A stretch of DNA of 23,616 nucleotides from a virus: UHGV virus genome UHGV-1378242; one strand, written 5' to 3'. Of the stretch, positions 7,778-17,109 are shown one piece after another. Below the pieces are notes generated by a model that was not told the DNA's origin, ran no database searches, and worked only from the letters and a program-made list of their open reading frames with translations. Made by a program: the position numbers and the translations under genes. Position 1 is the first letter of the stretch. Every line of letters starts with the position of its first letter.

Positions 7778-8215
7778 ATGATCACCGACAAACTGTTGAT
7801 GTTCTCCGAAGCACAGGCGGTAACTGATACCGCGGCTTCTACTGACGTAATCGATCTCGGTCCAATTGACGGAAAACGTCGTGATATCGGCGTGGGTTAC
7901 CCGCTTGAGTTTTGGGCGCTGGTTAACACAGCCGCCGCAGCAAGCGGTGATGCAACTGTAAACATCCAGTTGCAGACGAGTGAGGATAACAGCTCATGGA
8001 CCACTATTTATGATAGTGGTGCACTGGCAAAGACCGCCCTGACAGCAGGTAAACGAGTTGTTTCTGCAAAGGTGCCTGCCGGTGTTCAGCGATATCTGCG
8101 TGTTAACTACTCCGTCGCAACTGGCCCGCTAACGGCTGGCGAATTCACTGCTGGTATCAGTCTTGATGTTGATGCCAATACGCCGTATCCGATCCGCTCA
8201 AAAGTAACTGGTTAA
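7778..8215 (+). CDS. Hypothetical head-associated protein (145 aa), possible capsid decoration or accessory protein
   Basis: Follows the capsid gene after a GTGGGTC-loop-GACCCAC stem-loop (7744-7763). GGAG upstream of the ATG. Confidence 0.5.
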   Translation: MITDKLLMFSEAQAVTDTAASTDVIDLGPIDGKRRDIGVGYPLEFWALVNTAAAASGDATVNIQLQTSEDNSSWTTIYDSGALAKTALTAGKRVVSAKVPAGVQRYLRVNYSVATGPLTAGEFTAGISLDVDANTPYPIRSKVTG

Positions 8216-8225
8216 GGTGATATCG

Positions 8226-8561
8226 ATGTCAGGTGAGAAACCAAGATACCGCGTTCTGCGCCTCTCTCATATCCATAACACACTGTGGCCGGAGGGGGCA
8301 GAAATCGAATACGAAGGTGAGCCTGGTAGCGCACTGGAACCTGTTAACGATGCAGCCAGACAGGCAAAAGCAAAAGTTGCAGGAAAGGTGTCAATGGCAG
8401 CAACCAGCACCAAAATCATCAACGATGTGTCAGATGATGGTGAACTGGATAAGCTCCGTGAAGAGTACGAATTGCTCTTTAACGAGAAGCCACACCATAA
8501 CGCTAAAGCCGAAACGCTCCGCGAGAAGATCGCAGATAAGCGTAAAGAACTAGGCGTGTAA
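8226..8561 (+). CDS. Hypothetical protein (111 aa)
   Basis: ATG 8226 with AGGTGA 5 nt upstream; the track start GTG 8217 is less likely. Followed by an intrinsic terminator. Confidence 0.5.
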   Translation: MSGEKPRYRVLRLSHIHNTLWPEGAEIEYEGEPGSALEPVNDAARQAKAKVAGKVSMAATSTKIINDVSDDGELDKLREEYELLFNEKPHHNAKAETLREKIADKRKELGV

Positions 8562-8578
8562 GCCTCGCGAATCCGACA

Positions 8579-8600
8579 AGGGGCTTCGGCCCCTTTATTG
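8579..8600 (+). terminator. Intrinsic terminator or attenuator inside the late operon
   Basis: AGGGGC-TTCG-GCCCCT followed by TTATT: a 6-bp GC stem with a UUCG tetraloop and a U-rich tail, lying after the capsid gene block. Confidence 0.6.
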
Positions 8601-8611
8601 CAGGAGTGTAT

Positions 8612-8935
8612 ATGGAACTCGTAAACCTCAAAACCGGCACTGACAGCTACCAGGATGAGAGCGGAGAAACCAGAACTCGCGATGAATACCCGTGGGGGCT
8701 GTGCATCACTCTTAATAACGACACATTGAATAAGCTGAAGGCGCAACCTCAGGGCGTCGGAACAGAAGTGATGATAACTGCAAAAGCTGTTATTCGAGGC
8801 CTGTCTGCCAGAGAAACTGACGATGGTGTTAATCGCAGCGCCGATCTGCAGATCACTGATATGGCGATCGCTCCTGTTTCCGGGGATGTAGAAAAATCAG
8901 CGGCTGAAACCCTGTACGGCAATGGGGGTGAGTAA
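8612..8935 (+). CDS. Hypothetical protein (107 aa)
   Basis: ATG 8612 with AGGAG 5 nt upstream. Its C-terminus …EKSAAETLYGNGGE resembles the scaffold C-terminus …QRSAAEVLYGK. Confidence 0.5.
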   Translation: MELVNLKTGTDSYQDESGETRTRDEYPWGLCITLNNDTLNKLKAQPQGVGTEVMITAKAVIRGLSARETDDGVNRSADLQITDMAIAPVSGDVEKSAAETLYGNGGE

Positions 8936-9540
8936 TGGCCTCTGTAGTAGAGATCTGCAATCGTGCGCTGTCCAATATTGGCAATAGCCGCAGCATTAAC
9001 AGCCTGACGGAAGCCAGCAAGGAAGCGGGGGAATGTTCGCTGCACTTTGAGGCCTGCCGTGATGCTGTGCTTTCTGATTTTGACTGGAACTTTGCTACCA
9101 AACGCGTGGCGCTTGCAGATACGAGCAATCCACCGCCTGACTGGGAATATGCGTATCAGTACCCGTCCGATTGTCTGCGCATTACTGAAATTATGCTTCC
9201 TGGTGTACGCAATCCAACAGCAGCAATGCGCGTTCAGTACGAAGTTGGTGCAGACACCAACGGAACAGGAAAGTTGATCTACACAGACCAGCCGCAGGCA
9301 TGGCTCAAGTATGTCTCTCGCGTTTCAGATGTGAACATGTTTGATGCCATTTTTATGGAGGCGTTGGCCTGGCGTCTTGCGGCAGCTATTAACATGGCGC
9401 TGACTGGGAATGCAGACCTCGGTACGTTTGCCCTCAATATGTACAATCGCGTGATTCTTAGTGCTGGCTCGCATAGCCAGAATGAATCACAGGAACCACT
9501 GCCACCGGTTGACGAGTTTACCATTGCGAGGTTGTCCTGA
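8935..9540 (+). CDS. Putative tail adaptor (T7 gp11-like tubular protein A)
   Basis: 201 aa, start overlaps the upstream stop (TAATG). Size and position match the T7 gp11 slot ahead of an approximately 800-aa nozzle-like protein. Homology not verified. Confidence 0.5.
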   Translation: MASVVEICNRALSNIGNSRSINSLTEASKEAGECSLHFEACRDAVLSDFDWNFATKRVALADTSNPPPDWEYAYQYPSDCLRITEIMLPGVRNPTAAMRVQYEVGADTNGTGKLIYTDQPQAWLKYVSRVSDVNMFDAIFMEALAWRLAAAINMALTGNADLGTFALNMYNRVILSAGSHSQNESQEPLPPVDEFTIARLS

Positions 9541-12011
9541 TGGCTATCAGTTGGATCCAGCCCAGCTTTGCCGGTGGTGAGATTGGACCGTCGTTGTACG
9601 GTCGTATTGACATGGCGAAGTACCAGGTGGCATTGCGCAAGTGCGATAACTTTATCGTGCGGCAGTATGGCGGAGTTGAGAATCGACCTGGTACGCGTTT
9701 TGTCGGTGCCGCCAAATACCCAAATCGGAAATGCCGCCTGATCCCGTTCCAGTTCTCGACGGTTCAGACTTATGCTCTGGAGTTCGGACACCAGTACATG
9801 CGCGTTATCAAAGATGGTGCGTTGGTGCTGAACAGCAGCAATGTTATTTATGAAATTTCCACGCCATATACTGAAGCCGATCTGTTCCGAATTAAATTCA
9901 CGCAAAGCGCAGACGTGCTTACGCTGGTTCATCCGGCATACCCGCCGAAAGAGTTGCGCCGCTATGCGCATGACAACTGGCAACTGGTTGATGTGGTAAC
10001 GAAGAACGGGCCATTTGAAGATATCAATATTGACGAGTCAGTGACGGTTTATGCCAGCGCCAGCACCGGGACAATTACGCTAACGGCAAGCGCCTCTATT
10101 TTTGGCGCGGAGCAGGTAGGCAAATTGTTCTATCTGGAACAGCCTGCAGTGGATTCTGTGCCGGTATGGGAAACCAGTAAGAGTACGTCGATTGGCGATA
10201 TTCGCCGTGCAGACAGTAACTACTATCGCGCCGTTACAGCAGGCAAAACAGGTACTTTGCGCCCTTCGCATACAGAAGGCACATCATGGGATGGCTGGGG
10301 CGGATCCGGTGATGATGATACTGGCATTGAGTGGGAATATCTGCACAGTGGTTTTGGCATTGCCCGTATCACTGCTGCAAATGGAACTACTGCAACTGCC
10401 GAGGTGATTTCCTATATCCCTTCGCAGGTCGTGGGCGAGGATAATGCCAGCTATAAATGGGCTAAATATGCCTGGAACAGTGTTAATGGTTATCCTGGCA
10501 CTGTTGTTTATTATCAACAACGTCTTTACTTCGCCGCATCGACTGCGTTTCCTCAGACTATCTGGGCCAGCCGTACCGGGGATTATAAGGATTTTGGCAA
10601 AAGCAATCCTACGCAGGATGACGACAGAATTATCTACACCTATGCCGGGCGTCAGGTTAATGAGATCCGTCACCTGATTGATGTTGGTTCGCTGGTGGCG
10701 CTGACTTCCGGAGGTGAGTACGTCATCACTGGCGACCAGAACAAAGTGCTTACCCCATCATCATTTGCATTCAGCTCTCAGGGATCAAATGGCTCGAGCA
10801 ATGTCCCACCAATTGCCGTGGCGAATATTGCTCTGTTCGTCCAGGAGAAAGGCAGTGTTGTCCGTGATCTGGCCTACTCATTCGATGTTGACGGCTATCA
10901 GGGGAACGACCTTACTATCCTTGCCAATCATCTTTTTCAGAAGCACAGCATTGTTGACTGGTGCTTCTCGATAGTCCCTTACTCCAGCGCCTTCTGCATT
11001 CGTGATGACGGTAAATTACTGGTGATGACCTATTTGCGTGATCAACAGGTTTTTGCATGGGCACCACAGTCCAGTACCGGAAAATATGAAAGCACATGCA
11101 GTATCAGCGAAGGCAATGAAGATGCGGTGTATTTCGTCATTAACCGAACCGTTAACGGGCAAACAGTGAGATACATCGAGCGACTGTCCAGCCGTTTATT
11201 TACCAGCGATGAAGATGCTTTCTTTGTTGATTCTGGCCTTAGCTATGATGGAAGAAATACGTCTGACAGAACGATGATCATCACTGGTGGTTCTGGCGAA
11301 TGGGATTACCGCGCGGAATATACAATCAGTGTTTCTGGTGGTGCGTACTTCACCAGTAGTGATGTCGGCGCGCAACTACAGTTCCCTTATACCGGAACTG
11401 ATCCTGATACTGGCGATGAGGTGTCAAAAGAATTACGTTGCGACATTATTTCTGTAACCAGCAATACCGCTGTAGTGGTTCGTGCTAACAGGAACGTCCC
11501 GCCATCCCTCAGGAATGTGGCCACCACGAACTGGCAGATGGCGCGCCGGACATTTGGCGGCTTGTCTCATCTTGAAGGCCAGACCGTAAACATCCTCTCT
11601 GATGCGAACGTGGAACCACAGAAAGTGGTTTCCGGAGGTGCCGTCACGCTGGAATCTCCGGGGGCTGTAGTGCACATCGGCCTGCCAATAACTGCTGAAT
11701 TCGAAACACTGGATATCAACATTAACGGACAGGAAACGCTGCTGGACAAAAAACAGGTGATCCCGTCTGTTACTCTGGTTGTGAATGCCAGTCGCGGCAT
11801 CTGGGCGACTACGCCCGGCGGTAAATGGTACGAATATCCACAGCGTGAATTCGAGTTCTACGATGATCCTGTTGATGACGCTACCGGAAAAGTAGAAGTG
11901 AAACTGGACAGTAACTGGGGCAAAAACGGACGTGTAAAAATCCGTCAGCTTGACCCGTTGCCGCTGTCTGTTCTTGCCGTTATTCCTCGCCTTACTGTTG
12001 GGGGATTCTGA
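9540..12011 (+). CDS. Putative tail nozzle (T7 gp12-like tubular protein B)
   Basis: 823 aa, translationally coupled (TGATG). Size and synteny match T7 gp12. Confidence 0.55.
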   Translation: MAISWIQPSFAGGEIGPSLYGRIDMAKYQVALRKCDNFIVRQYGGVENRPGTRFVGAAKYPNRKCRLIPFQFSTVQTYALEFGHQYMRVIKDGALVLNSSNVIYEISTPYTEADLFRIKFTQSADVLTLVHPAYPPKELRRYAHDNWQLVDVVTKNGPFEDINIDESVTVYASASTGTITLTASASIFGAEQVGKLFYLEQPAVDSVPVWETSKSTSIGDIRRADSNYYRAVTAGKTGTLRPSHTEGTSWDGWGGSGDDDTGIEWEYLHSGFGIARITAANGTTATAEVISYIPSQVVGEDNASYKWAKYAWNSVNGYPGTVVYYQQRLYFAASTAFPQTIWASRTGDYKDFGKSNPTQDDDRIIYTYAGRQVNEIRHLIDVGSLVALTSGGEYVITGDQNKVLTPSSFAFSSQGSNGSSNVPPIAVANIALFVQEKGSVVRDLAYSFDVDGYQGNDLTILANHLFQKHSIVDWCFSIVPYSSAFCIRDDGKLLVMTYLRDQQVFAWAPQSSTGKYESTCSISEGNEDAVYFVINRTVNGQTVRYIERLSSRLFTSDEDAFFVDSGLSYDGRNTSDRTMIITGGSGEWDYRAEYTISVSGGAYFTSSDVGAQLQFPYTGTDPDTGDEVSKELRCDIISVTSNTAVVVRANRNVPPSLRNVATTNWQMARRTFGGLSHLEGQTVNILSDANVEPQKVVSGGAVTLESPGAVVHIGLPITAEFETLDININGQETLLDKKQVIPSVTLVVNASRGIWATTPGGKWYEYPQREFEFYDDPVDDATGKVEVKLDSNWGKNGRVKIRQLDPLPLSVLAVIPRLTVGGF

Positions 12012-12475
12012 TGATCTACGTTCAAATTATTCCCGCTACCGAAGAGCATCTTCAGATGATTTTGCCGGATGTTCGTCAGGCTGATATTGACGAATTGTAT
12101 GCGGTATCACTGATGACTACCGAAGATGCACTGCGTGTTGGTCTGCGTACTGCGACTATGGCCTGGTCAGGATTTGCGAACGGAGAACTGGTAACCATGT
12201 TTGGCGTATCTCCGGCGTCAATGATCGGTGGCAATGGTACGCCCTGGCTGGTCGGAACCAGCCGTATTGAAAAATATCAGAAGACATTTCTTCGCCACTG
12301 CCGCCCTGTATTGCAGCAGATGCTGGCAGTTTATCCGCGCCTGGAAAACTACGTCGACGAGCGAAACCATGTTGCCAAAGCATGGCTGCACTGGCTTGGA
12401 TTCAGGCTTGAAGAAGCCGCGCCTTATGGTGCTCTTGGTCTTAATTTCCACAGATTTCACATGGAGAGAAAATAA
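12011..12475 (+). CDS. Hypothetical virion protein (154 aa) in the T7 gp13 position
   Basis: Coupled start (TGATG). Confidence 0.5.
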   Translation: MIYVQIIPATEEHLQMILPDVRQADIDELYAVSLMTTEDALRVGLRTATMAWSGFANGELVTMFGVSPASMIGGNGTPWLVGTSRIEKYQKTFLRHCRPVLQQMLAVYPRLENYVDERNHVAKAWLHWLGFRLEEAAPYGALGLNFHRFHMERK

Positions 12476-13050
12476 TGTGCGATCCGGTTATTGCTGGTGG
12501 CGCAATGCTCGCCATGAGTGGCATTCAGGCATACACCCAGTACCAACAGGGAAAGTATGCCTCGAAGGTTGCAGAAGCGAACGCAGATATAGCCACAGCT
12601 CAGGCAAATGATGCAATAAACAGAGGTAACGCTGAAGCTGAGCAACGACGCAGAGAGACCCGACAGCGGCTTGGTACACAGGCGGCGACAATGGGGGCTA
12701 CCGGCGCTGATTTATCTACAGGTAACGCGCTGGATATATTTGGCGACACTGCCCAGTTTGGCGCTCTTGATTCGCTGACGACGGTGAATAACGCGCAACG
12801 CGAGGCTTACGGTTATCAGGTTCAGGCTGCCAACTATAAAGCAGAAGCCAGTTCAGCCCGTAAACAGGGGAATGTGGGAGCAGCAACAACATTGCTCACT
12901 GCGCCTCTGAAGGCATACGGTGCGTACCAGATGTTTGGTGGGACGTGGAGTCCGTTCTCTAAAGGAAGTACATCTAGTGGTGGGACGCCAATGTTATCTA
13001 ACTCAGGTTTTATGAATTCTGACTCCCGATTCAAAATAGGAGGTTACTGA
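12475..13050 (+). CDS. Putative internal virion protein (191 aa) in the T7 gp14 position
   Basis: Coupled start (TAATG). Ala/Gln/Gly-rich, with a hydrophobic N-terminal segment. Confidence 0.5.
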   Translation: MCDPVIAGGAMLAMSGIQAYTQYQQGKYASKVAEANADIATAQANDAINRGNAEAEQRRRETRQRLGTQAATMGATGADLSTGNALDIFGDTAQFGALDSLTTVNNAQREAYGYQVQAANYKAEASSARKQGNVGAATTLLTAPLKAYGAYQMFGGTWSPFSKGSTSSGGTPMLSNSGFMNSDSRFKIGGY

Positions 13051-15563
13051 TGCCTGTTGTTCCTACTACATCCGGACGCCAGGTGCAAAGTCGTGGAGTT
13101 CAGTCAGCAGGCTTGCAGACGTTTTCTCAGCCAGGTATTGGTAATGCTTTTGTTCGGGCAGGGACAGAGGCAATTGATGTTTTTGGTCAGGAAAAACAGC
13201 GTGCCAATATCGCTCTGGCTCAGGAGGCATCTCTTAACCTCAGTCAGATAAGCAGCGATCTGCTGAATAATCCTGAAACAGGATTGCTTAACCTGAAAGG
13301 GAAAAATGCTATTGGAAAAGGCCATGAGTATACGCAGCAGTTTGATGCTCAGGTCGAACAACTGGCTATGTCGCTGCCGGATGAACAGGCTCGTAATGCT
13401 TTCATGCAGCAGGCGCAGCAGCAGCGCATTCAGTTCACTACGCAGGCCGGGAGGTACGAGATAGGGCAAATAAATGCCTACGAAGAAGGCCAGTTTCAGG
13501 CTACGCTGCTGAACAATGGTAAAAATGCCGCAGCATTGTATGGCGACAACGCCGCATACGTATTGGCTAATAAGCAAACTTTCCAGCAAATTGAGGATTA
13601 CGGCATTGCACATGGCTGGAGTGACGAGCAAATCCAGGCCAAGAAAATCGAGTTTAAAGAAGCAACAGCAAAAGCAACTGCTCAAAATGCTATTGGAGCA
13701 AACTATCTTCAGGTAAGACAGCAAAACGGCGAGTTAAGCGATACTGCTGCTGGATCTCGCCGTGCTGTAGCAGATAGTGGCTCTTCCGATCGTACCCGCG
13801 GTATACGCAACAATAACCCCGGCAATCTTGAATACAGCAAAACTAATCCGTGGGTTGGGCAGACTGGTGATGATGGTCGCTTTGCCAAATTCGAAACCCC
13901 TGAACACGGTATTCGTGCATTAGGGCGGAACCTGATGTCGTATCAGCGGCAGGGTATTGATACCGTCAGCGAGATAATTAATCGCTGGGCACCGCCTACT
14001 GATAAAAATGACACTATGTCGTATATCAAAGCAGTGTGCGAACAACTTGGCGTTTCTGCTGATGAGCCTCTCGATGCATCAAATCCTGATACCCTGAAGG
14101 CGCTTTGTGCAGCCATTATCCATCATGAAAACGGTAGCCAGCCATACAGTGATCAGCAGTTAACTGCAGGTGTTAGTGCTGCGCTGGGGCTTTCTCAGCT
14201 ACCGACAAAAAATAAACGTTATACCGGTGTAGCCTGGTTCGATGCTTTAAGTGAATCAGATCAGGCCAGCGTGTTGCGACAGACTGATGCACTAGCCAGA
14301 CAACAGCAGGCTGAATATAAAACGATGCTCGACAGCCGGGTTCGCGATGCGACGGCTGCGTATATGCGTGGCGTTGAATTTCCTAACCCACCTGGTGAGG
14401 ATGATTTTATTGCAGCTTATGGAGTCAGAGAAGGAAACCTGCGATATACCGAGTTTAAGAATACGCAGATCGCCGGACAGTATATAGGCTCTTTCCGCAA
14501 CATGCCGACAAGCAGCATTACAGCATATGTTGAGCAATTACGCCCGGATACTGGTGAAACAGGGGAGGGGTATGCGGCACGCGCAGCTCTTTATGACAAC
14601 GTTGTTTCGGCTGCAAATCAGGTGATAAAGCAGCGGCAGTCGGATCCTGTGCAGTTCTCTCTTGCCTCCGGACAGACAAAGCCTATCGACATGAGCAATA
14701 AGGATAACTTTGGACAGAGCGTTGCCTTGCGTGCCGCTCAGGTCAGTGACCTTGCTAAGTCATATGGCACTCCACTGACGTTCTTTTCCAAAGACGAGGC
14801 CAATCAGATCGGTGTTTTCTTTCGTGATGCTCCAGTTTCCCAACAGGCAGCATATCTCGATACCATCAGGCAGAGCACTGGTGGTGGGCAGGTGTATATG
14901 TCAGCACTACAGCAGATCAGTGCCAACGCTCCATCTGCTGCCGTTGCCGGGATACTGATGGACAAGCCTGGTGGTATTTTGGCAGAAAAAAACTGGTTTA
15001 ATCCGGATGTTTCCGTGTCTCCTGAAACCGCTGCGCAGACAATTCTTGCTGGCGCGGCGGCTCGTAAAGGTACTGATGATGCGAAAGGTATTCCGATGCC
15101 TAAAGATGCTGATCTTCGCCTTGAGTTTTCTGACATGGTGAAGGATGCATTTGCTGGTGATGCTCAGGGGGCATCAATGGCATACGAGATCGCAAAGGAC
15201 TATTACGCTGGTGTGATGGCGAAAAAAGGCGTGATATCAGGTGAAATTGACACTGATATCTGGAAACAGGCTGTTAACGTAGCTACAGGTGGCGTGCATG
15301 ACTATAACGGAATGGGGAATGTCCTTTTGCCGTGGGGAATGTCTGCAGAGCAATTCGATAAGCAGGTTAATCAGGCTTGGAATGAACAAGTTGTCGGCAC
15401 CGGGATAAAAACACCGCCTGGTCAGTATGGTTTGCAAAGTTACGGCGATAGTCAGTATCTGGTGAAACTTGGTACTGGTTATCTGCTGAAAGATGATGGT
15501 TCTCCTGTTGTTCTTGATCTGACACAGAAGCGTCAGAGATTCTCCGGAGATATTCCGCAATGA
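13050..15563 (+). CDS. Putative internal core/ejection protein (837 aa) in the T7 gp15 position
   Basis: Coupled start (TGATG). Contains a conserved-looking block GIRNNNPGNLEY… (from about 13800) that I cannot assign to a family with confidence. Confidence 0.6.
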   Translation: MPVVPTTSGRQVQSRGVQSAGLQTFSQPGIGNAFVRAGTEAIDVFGQEKQRANIALAQEASLNLSQISSDLLNNPETGLLNLKGKNAIGKGHEYTQQFDAQVEQLAMSLPDEQARNAFMQQAQQQRIQFTTQAGRYEIGQINAYEEGQFQATLLNNGKNAAALYGDNAAYVLANKQTFQQIEDYGIAHGWSDEQIQAKKIEFKEATAKATAQNAIGANYLQVRQQNGELSDTAAGSRRAVADSGSSDRTRGIRNNNPGNLEYSKTNPWVGQTGDDGRFAKFETPEHGIRALGRNLMSYQRQGIDTVSEIINRWAPPTDKNDTMSYIKAVCEQLGVSADEPLDASNPDTLKALCAAIIHHENGSQPYSDQQLTAGVSAALGLSQLPTKNKRYTGVAWFDALSESDQASVLRQTDALARQQQAEYKTMLDSRVRDATAAYMRGVEFPNPPGEDDFIAAYGVREGNLRYTEFKNTQIAGQYIGSFRNMPTSSITAYVEQLRPDTGETGEGYAARAALYDNVVSAANQVIKQRQSDPVQFSLASGQTKPIDMSNKDNFGQSVALRAAQVSDLAKSYGTPLTFFSKDEANQIGVFFRDAPVSQQAAYLDTIRQSTGGGQVYMSALQQISANAPSAAVAGILMDKPGGILAEKNWFNPDVSVSPETAAQTILAGAAARKGTDDAKGIPMPKDADLRLEFSDMVKDAFAGDAQGASMAYEIAKDYYAGVMAKKGVISGEIDTDIWKQAVNVATGGVHDYNGMGNVLLPWGMSAEQFDKQVNQAWNEQVVGTGIKTPPGQYGLQSYGDSQYLVKLGTGYLLKDDGSPVVLDLTQKRQRFSGDIPQ

Positions 15564-17104
15564 GTTACTTTGGCCTTAATCCAGTAAACCAGAATCAGCA
15601 GCTTGACGAAGCAGCATCAAATCCAGCGGGATTTAACAGCGATGTTGGTTTTTTCGACAATGCTGTAGGAGCGGCATTGTCTGGTTTGTACTCCGGGCTG
15701 GTGGCAAAGCCAGACCAGTTGCTATGGGCAGGAATGGATAAAATCGTATCCCCGATTGCTCAGTTTGTTAACGAAAACACCTCGTTCAATGATACTTCAG
15801 TTTCATACATTGCCGAGCAGAGAAAACTAGCAGAGCAGCAGGTTAAGCGGTTGACGCCTGATGCCGCGACAACCGGAACCGCCGGGCAGGTTCTTTATGG
15901 GTTGTTCGATATGGGCGGACAGGCTGTTGTCGGTTCAGCATTAGCAGGGCCGATTGGTGGCGCAGCCGCAGTTACCTCTCTTCAGGGATTCTCTGAATTT
16001 GAGCGCCTGTCCGCTCAGGGTGTTGATTTCAGGACGGCGCAGGAAGCGGGATTAGTGCAGGGTATTACTGCTGGTGCCGGAACACTGATCCCTATGAGCC
16101 TCGGGTTACGTGCTGGTGGTGTCGGCAGATTTATGAACTCTCGCGGCGAGTCTACAAGCGCACCAAATTTTGCACCAGTTGATATCGATGCTGCACTGGC
16201 GGCGAATGCCGCTCATCATGCTGAAATTGATATTGCTCCCGGCGTTCCGATCAACGTGCTTTCGCGTAATTCGCACATTCAGGCTCTGCGAAAAGCCATG
16301 TCTGATGTTAGCCAGGGGAGACCTGTAGACGTTGCCAGCATTGTTGAGTCTGCATCTTTCAGTGAAATTCCTGGGCGCAAGAGTCTGCTGTCTCAGGCAG
16401 TTAATGAGGCTCTGTCATCTGTAGATGATGGAGTAACGGCGCGCGCTATAGAAAATCGGTTGCTTGAAGAACAGGCCGCGCAGCTTTTGCCGCGTGGCGA
16501 TAGACAGGTTTACCAGTCTGAAATCGCTAATAGCCAACGAATTATTGAAAATCTCACTGAACAGCGCGCACAAATTCTTGCAGAAGAGCCAACCGGTAGC
16601 GGTAAGGCTTTATCTCGTGCTCGATCAGATAAACAGGCCAGACTTCGCGATATTGACCAACGAATCCGGCAGGCACAAGAACGCTTGGAATTTTCCCGTA
16701 ACGCGTTGGCACCGCATGAGCCTGGCGGTCAGTTTTTTGAAGCTCGAGCAGAACTGGCACGGCGACAGCAGGCAGAAAGTGAACTTAATGCTCAGGCTGT
16801 TTCATTCTATAAAACAGCAGAGGTCAGGACGCCAGACGAAGTAGCTCCTTTTGAGCCCGGTAAGATATTGCAACAGACAGAACAAAAAATGATGTCAGAT
16901 CAGGCAGGAGATATTGATCTGCGCATAGCTGAAGACTCGCTGCTTGAATCACCTGACATGATAATCACCGTGCTGGATGATGATGGTAATCCACAATCGC
17001 GCAGTGCGCGTGAAGTACTGGATGAAACGAACAGGGAAAGTGAGCAGGCAATACAGGATTCCAGCCTGTTTGATGTCGCTGTGGCGTGTTTCTTGAGAGG
17101 TTAA
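15560..17104 (+). CDS. Putative internal virion/ejection protein (514 aa)
   Basis: Start overlaps the upstream stop (ATGA). Charged, coiled-coil-like C-terminal half. Confidence 0.55.
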   Translation: MSYFGLNPVNQNQQLDEAASNPAGFNSDVGFFDNAVGAALSGLYSGLVAKPDQLLWAGMDKIVSPIAQFVNENTSFNDTSVSYIAEQRKLAEQQVKRLTPDAATTGTAGQVLYGLFDMGGQAVVGSALAGPIGGAAAVTSLQGFSEFERLSAQGVDFRTAQEAGLVQGITAGAGTLIPMSLGLRAGGVGRFMNSRGESTSAPNFAPVDIDAALAANAAHHAEIDIAPGVPINVLSRNSHIQALRKAMSDVSQGRPVDVASIVESASFSEIPGRKSLLSQAVNEALSSVDDGVTARAIENRLLEEQAAQLLPRGDRQVYQSEIANSQRIIENLTEQRAQILAEEPTGSGKALSRARSDKQARLRDIDQRIRQAQERLEFSRNALAPHEPGGQFFEARAELARRQQAESELNAQAVSFYKTAEVRTPDEVAPFEPGKILQQTEQKMMSDQAGDIDLRIAEDSLLESPDMIITVLDDDGNPQSRSAREVLDETNRESEQAIQDSSLFDVAVACFLRG

Positions 17105-17109
17105 ATTAA

